Below, piece after piece: positions 58,742 to 64,000 of a DNA stretch of 64,000 nt (its first letter is position 1; every line of letters begins with the position of its first letter). The position numbers and the translations under genes were made by a program. The DNA comes from Erysipelothrix sp. (GTDB lineage: Bacteria; Bacillota_I; Bacilli_A; Erysipelotrichales; Erysipelotrichaceae), in the NCBI GenBank assembly GCA_012512595.1, contig JAAZDW010000021.1:5218-69217 (forward strand). Reading direction: 5' to 3'. A model generated the notes under the pieces. The model was not told the DNA's origin and searched no databases. It saw only the letters and a list, made by a program, of their open reading frames with translations.

Positions 58742-59890
58742 TTAATCTAACCCTTGGACTCGCTTTAAGGTTTCGTCATAAGCAGCTTGAATGCGAGCCC
58801 TTGAACCATCTGGTACATACGGATCAATCTTACCATCAAGAAAGTCCTTAGCAGGGATTGCTTCATAAAAATATCGGTCTTCTTTGTAATACTTATTAAC
58901 CCAAAGTGGATGATAATCAATTTCTTTAATTTTTGTAATATTTGAAGTAAAGTTTTTCTCAAAAGTAAATTCGATTAATAAACCGCGTTCTGTATTGATG
59001 TCACCTAAGGTTTCAAGTCTTTGATCAGATACATAGTTGCCCATTGAATAGATAACAAAGGCATCATTAATCATTTCATGTTCTTGAACAACATGTGGAT
59101 GTGAGCCTAAAATGACATCTGCTCCCCAATCAACCATTTTATGAGCTAAGTCTCTTTGAGTGTCACTTGGTTTTGTTTGATATTCATTTCCCCAGTGCAT
59201 CATCACAACAGTCAAATCATTATTTGCTGCAACACTACTTTTTATTTCAGATTCTATTTTTTCTTCATCAATAGAGCTTACCATATACTGATGTTGCTCT
59301 TCAGTTAAGTAAAAATCTAAACCATTAAAGCCGTAAGTATAGGCAAGAAAGCCAAGTTTAATGCCTTTTCTTTCAATGCTTCTAAGACTTGGCTGAGGTG
59401 TAGGTCTTGTTCCTATAGGAATCATACCGCGTGTTTGAATGGCGTTATATGTATCTATTAAACCTTGTTTACCACTGTCTAAGGTGTGATTGTTAATTGT
59501 CGATAATATGTCAAAACCTGCATCTTTGATTGCATCGAGCGATTCTACAGGTGTATTAAATTGTGGATAACCTGTATAAGCTTTGGTTTTAGTTGTGGTC
59601 GTCTCATAGTTTCCGATTGTAATATCAGCATTTTTAAAATATGGTTTTGTAAGTGCCATACTGTCGACAAAGTCATAACCACTTGGTCTTGAAGTGTTTT
59701 CTAATATTTGAGTACTGTGGTACATGATGTCACCAATTGACACCATCGTAATTGTTTCAATTCTATCCTCTTCAGGCTTTTCAATAACGACTACTTCTTC
59801 AACAGGCTCAGGTTTTTTATACTCACTTATCAAAACAACGCCCAACAAGGTTATTGCTAAAATTATGATTGCATTAAATATTTTTTTCAT
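58742..59890 (-). CDS. CapA/PgsA family metallophosphatase-like membrane-anchored protein
   Basis: It has an N-terminal TM, then GDIMYH, NNHTLD, GNEY and GSHPHV motifs. The start at MKKIFNAI (59890) has a GAGGGA SD. Confidence 0.75.
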   Translation of the reverse strand: MKKIFNAIIILAITLLGVVLISEYKKPEPVEEVVVIEKPEEDRIETITMVSIGDIMYHSTQILENTSRPSGYDFVDSMALTKPYFKNADITIGNYETTTTKTKAYTGYPQFNTPVESLDAIKDAGFDILSTINNHTLDSGKQGLIDTYNAIQTRGMIPIGTRPTPQPSLRSIERKGIKLGFLAYTYGFNGLDFYLTEEQHQYMVSSIDEEKIESEIKSSVAANNDLTVVMMHWGNEYQTKPSDTQRDLAHKMVDWGADVILGSHPHVVQEHEMINDAFVIYSMGNYVSDQRLETLGDINTERGLLIEFTFEKNFTSNITKIKEIDYHPLWVNKYYKEDRYFYEAIPAKDFLDGKIDPYVPDGSRARIQAAYDETLKRVQGLD

Positions 59891-60022
59891 ATTATCCCTC
59901 ACTTTGTATATCATATCATAAACTAAGTTTATCTATAATAAAAAGAACCATCAGCTTTTTTTATTAAATGGGTTACCTATTAGTTATGTACAAAAAATAT
60001 AAATAATAATCAGATGTTTCAA

Positions 60023-60051
60023 TTGATAATCTCGCCTGTATATGTTATAGT
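60023..60051 (+). promoter_or_regulatory. Promoter of rpmE
   Basis: TTGATA, a 17-nt spacer, then TATAGT with a TG extension. Confidence 0.55.
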
Positions 60052-60104
60052 ATTAATACTTACTTTGGTGACGCAAAGACATCAAGGCGGAAGGAGAGAA
60101 AAAT

Positions 60105-60326
60105 ATGAAAGCAAACATTCATCCAGAATATCATAAGAGTACAGTTATCTGCACATCTTGCGGTAATGAATTTGAAACCGGATCAACTAAAGACGAAATA
60201 AGAGTAGATACATGCTCTAACTGTCACCCATTTTATACAGGTAGACAACGTTTCGCAGCAGCAGCTGGTCGTATTGAAAAATTCCAACAAAAATATGGAA
60301 TCGAACGCGAAGAAGAACAAGAATAG
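60105..60326 (+). CDS. rpmE: 50S ribosomal protein L31 (zinc-binding type A)
   Basis: 73 aa. MKANIHPEY and the CTSC...[10 protein letters not shown] Cys pairs are present. Confidence 0.95.
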   Translation: MKANIHPEYHKSTVICTSCGNEFETGSTKDEIRVDTCSNCHPFYTGRQRFAAAAGRIEKFQQKYGIEREEEQE

Positions 60327-60327
60327 T

Positions 60328-60353
60328 AAAAAACCAGCAGTTGCTGGTTTTTT
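60328..60353 (+). terminator. Terminator after rpmE
   Basis: AAAAAACCAGC-AGTT-GCTGGTTTTTT. Confidence 0.8.
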
Positions 60354-60445
60354 AATGAAAAGATCATTTTAACATTCATATTTTTTATTATGTGAATCGA
60401 TAATTTGGTATAATAGATAAAGAGAAAATAAATAGAGGTGAAACT

Positions 60446-61036
60446 ATGTATCATAATTATCAAGATGGATTTGTAGAGGTAATATCAGGCTGTATGTTTG
60501 CCGGAAAAACAGAAGAATTACTAAGAAGACTAAGAGTTTTAAGTTATGGCAAACAAAAGATGCAATTGTTTAAGCCTTTACTTGATAATCGCCATGAGGG
60601 TAGTAAAGTTATTTCTCATGCCGGAAATAGTATGGATAGCATCCTTGTTAAAAATTCAAGAGAAATTTTAGAAAAGATTGACCCAGATACTGATATAGTT
60701 GCAATTGATGAAATTCAATTTTTTGATGATGAAATTATTATGGTTGTTGATAAACTAGCGGATAGTGGCATTAGAGTGATGGTTGCAGGTTTAGATATGG
60801 ATTTTAGAGGTGAACCTTTTGGGGTTATGCCAATTCTTATGACAAAGGCAGAATTTGTAACAAAATTGACCGCAATTTGTACCCGCTGTGGAGCACCTGG
60901 TACTAGGTCTCAAAGAATAATCAATGGGAAGCCGGCTGACTATAATGACCCAATTATTATGGTTGGAGCTAGTGAAAGTTATGAAGCAGTTTGTCGTCAC
61001 TGTCACCAAGTTCCAAATAAACCGTGTATAAAATAA
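60446..61036 (+). CDS. tdk: Thymidine kinase
   Basis: 196 aa. It has the P-loop GCMFAGKTEEL, Walker B-like VAIDEIQFF and C-terminal zinc Cys pairs CTRCG...CRHCH. Confidence 0.93.
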   Translation: MYHNYQDGFVEVISGCMFAGKTEELLRRLRVLSYGKQKMQLFKPLLDNRHEGSKVISHAGNSMDSILVKNSREILEKIDPDTDIVAIDEIQFFDDEIIMVVDKLADSGIRVMVAGLDMDFRGEPFGVMPILMTKAEFVTKLTAICTRCGAPGTRSQRIINGKPADYNDPIIMVGASESYEAVCRHCHQVPNKPCIK

Positions 61037-61051
61037 AGGAGGTAAGCTAAT

Positions 61052-62125
61052 ATGGAAGCAGTAATAAAAAGATTAGAGGAAATTAAAAAACGCTATTTTG
61101 AATTAAACGACTTACTTATAAGTCCAGCTGTTTTAGCCGACAATCGTACTTTAGCTAAATATGCTAAAGAACAAGCAGCGCTAGTAAGTTTATATGATGG
61201 AAGCCTGGAACTTGATGAATTAAATAAACAAATTGATCAGGCTCAAGAAATGAAAGCCTTGGATGACAGTGAAATGTCTGAAATGGCTGATATGGAATTA
61301 GCGGAATTACTTCCACAAAGAGATGAATTGATTGATAAACTACAAGTAATGTTAATTCCTAAAGATCCAAATGATGAAAATAACGCTATTATAGAAATTA
61401 GAGGGGCTGCCGGCGGAGACGAAGGCAATATTTTTGCAGGTGATTTATTTAGAATGTATACCCGCTATGCAGAAGTTAGTGGTCGCTCATATGAAATATT
61501 AGAAGCTAATCCGGCTGATATTGGTGGATATGCAGATATTTCCTTTATGATAAAAGGTAAAGAAGCCTATGGACATTTAAAGTTTGAATCAGGGGCACAC
61601 CGGGTTCAAAGAGTTCCAAAAACAGAAACACAAGGACGCGTTCACACTTCGACTGCTACTGTCTTAGTTTTGCCAGAAGTTGAAGAAGCTGAATTTCACC
61701 TTGACGAAAATGACTTAGATGTTTCAACCCACCGTGCAACAGGAGCTGGGGGTCAACACGTAAATACAACTGACTCAGCGGTTAGAGTTATTCACAAGCC
61801 AACGGGAATTGCTGTTAATGTTCAAGATGGCCGTTCACAACATGAAAACAAAGCTACTGCAATGAAGATTATTAGGGCCCGTGTTGCTGAAGAAATGCAA
61901 AGAATAGAAGATGAAAAAACGGGAGACATTAGAAAGTCGAAAATTGGTACAGGCGACCGGTCTGAGAAAATTAGGACTTACAACTATCCACAAAACAGAG
62001 TTACTGACCATCGAATTGGTTTAACTATTAATCAATTAGACCGGATTATCGACGGTAAATTAGAAGCTGTTATTGAAGCTCTACTTGATGAAGAAAAGAA
62101 AGAAAAACTTGCTGGTAATATGTGA
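61052..62125 (+). CDS. prfA: Peptide chain release factor 1
   Basis: 357 aa. It has the GGQ motif (GAGGQHVNTTDSAVR) and a PxT-type recognition region (PKTETQGR). Confidence 0.95.
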   Translation: MEAVIKRLEEIKKRYFELNDLLISPAVLADNRTLAKYAKEQAALVSLYDGSLELDELNKQIDQAQEMKALDDSEMSEMADMELAELLPQRDELIDKLQVMLIPKDPNDENNAIIEIRGAAGGDEGNIFAGDLFRMYTRYAEVSGRSYEILEANPADIGGYADISFMIKGKEAYGHLKFESGAHRVQRVPKTETQGRVHTSTATVLVLPEVEEAEFHLDENDLDVSTHRATGAGGQHVNTTDSAVRVIHKPTGIAVNVQDGRSQHENKATAMKIIRARVAEEMQRIEDEKTGDIRKSKIGTGDRSEKIRTYNYPQNRVTDHRIGLTINQLDRIIDGKLEAVIEALLDEEKKEKLAGNM

Positions 62126-62967
62126 TGATAACCTATAATCAAGCGATAATAGAAGCTGACAAGAAAATTTTAGAAAAGTCTGATTTTTCTGAAGCAAGAT
62201 ATTTAATGTTAGAACTTTGTTTAAAAAACAAAATTGACTTATACCAAAGTCTTGATGAGCAAATCGATTCAATAATTTATCAAGAATTTTTGAGTGGAGT
62301 AGAGAGACTGGTTCAGCACGAGCCAGTTGCCCACATCTTAGGCTATAGCTATTTTTATGGATATCAATTTAAAGTGAATTCAGATGTTTTAATACCACGT
62401 AATGAAACTGAACTTTTAGTCATGAATAGTCTATTAGAAATAGAAAATTACTTTAACAGGTTTGACTTGAAAATGATTGATCTAGCTTGTGGCTCAGGAA
62501 TAATCGGAATTACAATGAAAAAAGAAGAACCTGAATTACAAGTTGATTTAAGTGATATCAGCAATAAGGCTTTAATGGTCGCAGAGTTTAATGCAAAAAA
62601 ACATCAAGTTGACGTTTTGATTAGACAAGATGACATGTTAAATCAGGCGATAGAAGACAAACTTAAATATGATGTGATTATTTGTAATCCTCCATATATC
62701 CATGATGATGAACCTTTACAAGAATCAGTAAAAGACTTCGAACCCCATTTAGCTTTATTTGGCGGCCTTGATGGTCTAGATTTTTATAAAACAGTTTTAA
62801 AACAATCAAAGGCTGTCTTAAATAGTCCGGGTCTTATTGGTTTTGAAATTGGTTATGATCAAAAAGAAAATATTACCCAGGAAATAAAGAAAGTTTATCC
62901 TGTGGCAGTAATAAAACATTTTAAAGATTATGCAAACCTAGATAGAATGGTATTTGTTTTTATATAA
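62125..62967 (+). CDS. prmC: Release factor glutamine N5-methyltransferase
   Basis: It has the NPPY catalytic motif (ICNPPYI) and a SAM motif DLACGSG. The ATG at 62125 overlaps the prfA stop; GTG 62122 is also possible. Confidence 0.9.
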   Translation: MITYNQAIIEADKKILEKSDFSEARYLMLELCLKNKIDLYQSLDEQIDSIIYQEFLSGVERLVQHEPVAHILGYSYFYGYQFKVNSDVLIPRNETELLVMNSLLEIENYFNRFDLKMIDLACGSGIIGITMKKEEPELQVDLSDISNKALMVAEFNAKKHQVDVLIRQDDMLNQAIEDKLKYDVIICNPPYIHDDEPLQESVKDFEPHLALFGGLDGLDFYKTVLKQSKAVLNSPGLIGFEIGYDQKENITQEIKKVYPVAVIKHFKDYANLDRMVFVFI

Positions 62968-62982
62968 TATTGGAGGTTACAG

Positions 62983-63873
62983 ATGAGACTAGTACTTAAC
63001 AATGTTCATAAAAGTTATGGGGAGCACCATGTCTTAAAAGGTATATCAATTGAGGCAATAAGTGGCCGGGCTATGGGACTTTTAGGCAGAAATGGTTCGG
63101 GCAAGACAACAATGATTAGAAGCATTATGCAAGTTTTTGATATAGATGAAGGGAGCATTTCCCTTCCAGTAACTAATATTGATGAGATTGGCTATCTTCC
63201 AGAAGAACGCGGAATTTATCCAAAAGCAAAACTAATTGACCAAATGATTTACTTTGCAATGCTAAAAGGCTTAAACAAAAAAACTGCAAAAAAAAGGTCT
63301 GTCGAGTGGTTAGAAAAAATAGGGCTTACTGACTATGCTAATAAAAAAGCTGATACTTTATCTAAGGGTAATCAGCAGAAAGTACAAGTGGCAATTTCAC
63401 TACTTCATGACCCAAAAGTTATTATCTTAGATGAACCATTTTCAGGGTTAGATCCAGTTAATAGCGAACTTTTGAAAGATATAGTAAGAGCTGAAATTGA
63501 AAAAGGTAAAATCGTCTTTTTCTCTAGTCATCAAATGGCTAACGTAGAAGCTTTTTGTGATGATATTGCAATATTAAATAAAGGCAATATTGTTTTACAA
63601 GGAGATTTAAACGAAATAAAAAAAGGCTATCCAAGAGAAAAAATTCAATTTTTTTCAGATGACTTAGATTTATTAGAAACCCAGTTAAGAAGTATTGAAT
63701 TTGAAAATTTTCATCGAAACAACAATTCAATAGTAGTGAAACTTAAAGACAATAGTGATATTTATAATTATGCAAAACAACTTGTGAATGACTTAGCTAA
63801 CATCAATGGCTATAAGATAGTTGAACCGACATTGGATGAAATATTTATCCAATATGCAAAGGAGACCATCTAA
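62983..63873 (+). CDS. ABC transporter ATP-binding protein (NatA-like)
   Basis: 296 aa. It has GRNGSGKTT, LSKGNQQK and IILDEP. Confidence 0.9.
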   Translation: MRLVLNNVHKSYGEHHVLKGISIEAISGRAMGLLGRNGSGKTTMIRSIMQVFDIDEGSISLPVTNIDEIGYLPEERGIYPKAKLIDQMIYFAMLKGLNKKTAKKRSVEWLEKIGLTDYANKKADTLSKGNQQKVQVAISLLHDPKVIILDEPFSGLDPVNSELLKDIVRAEIEKGKIVFFSSHQMANVEAFCDDIAILNKGNIVLQGDLNEIKKGYPREKIQFFSDDLDLLETQLRSIEFENFHRNNNSIVVKLKDNSDIYNYAKQLVNDLANINGYKIVEPTLDEIFIQYAKETI

Positions 63874-64000
63874 TGCGTAAGTTTCTTATAATATTTAAAT
63901 ATGAGTTTTTAAAACAAGTCCAGACAAAAGCATTTAAAGCTGTAACGCTTGTATTAGTAATTGTGGCAGTCACAGGTAGTTTCTTTATGACTAGAGCCTT
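63873..64000 (+). CDS. ABC-2 type permease, N-terminal fragment (continues beyond the window)
   Basis: The ATG overlaps the ATPase stop as TAATG. MRKFLIIFKYEFLKQVQTKAFKAVTLVLVIV resembles the N-terminus of NatB-like permeases. Confidence 0.6.
   Translation, partial: MRKFLIIFKYEFLKQVQTKAFKAVTLVLVIVAVTGSFFMTRA

Overview
This window covers the chromosomal replication origin region of an AT-rich, cell-wall-bearing, low-GC Gram-positive (Bacillota-type) genome. G+C is roughly one third by eye and was not computed. TGA is used as a stop codon, so this is the standard bacterial code and not the Mollicutes code.

The centre holds a bipartite oriC. A DnaA-box cluster at about 30.0-30.7 kb lies between the divergent dnaA and rpmH genes. 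A second box pair with DnaA-trio-like repeats lies in the dnaA-dnaN spacer. Gene orientation flips at this point: 24 of 28 CDS to the left are on the minus strand, and 34 of 36 CDS to the right are on the plus strand.

- **Left arm:** dnaA-dnaN-yaaA-recF-gyrB-gyrA; serS with a T-box leader; a very short SRP RNA; tadA; truB-ribF; an unusual long RelA/SpoT-domain gene; dnaX-recR; nadK; a GNAT-RodA/FtsW pair; a degenerate PTS EIICB-like gene; a NatAB-like ABC pair; rarA; and dtd-folD-DUF951-ychF-darA-ispF-gltX.
- **Right arm:** rpmH-rnpA-yidC-jag; pth-mfd-spoVT-like-rqcP-divIC; an HD dNTPase-like gene; an M24 peptidase; and murJ.
- **Right arm, envelope region:** an envelope glycopolymer locus (GT4, fnlA/B/C interrupted by tagD, a second GT, licD, licA-like, licB-like), followed by DUF1934-argS, rpoE, murA, an LCP ligase and a DD-carboxypeptidase.
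- **Right arm, far end:** a counter-oriented hydrolase/CapA pair, rpmE, tdk-prfA-prmC and a second ABC pair.

No transposase, integrase, CRISPR array, tRNA or rRNA was seen.

The best candidate for something undescribed is the 459-aa orphan RelA/SpoT-synthetase-domain protein at 16128-17507. It carries a large unrecognised C-terminal module and may be a fused toxSAS-like sensor/effector. Secondary leads are:
- a dnaX slippery heptamer that could give a gamma-like product;
- a phospho-dead PTS EIICB homologue;
- a choline/LicD module that lacks licC;
- a minimal SRP RNA.
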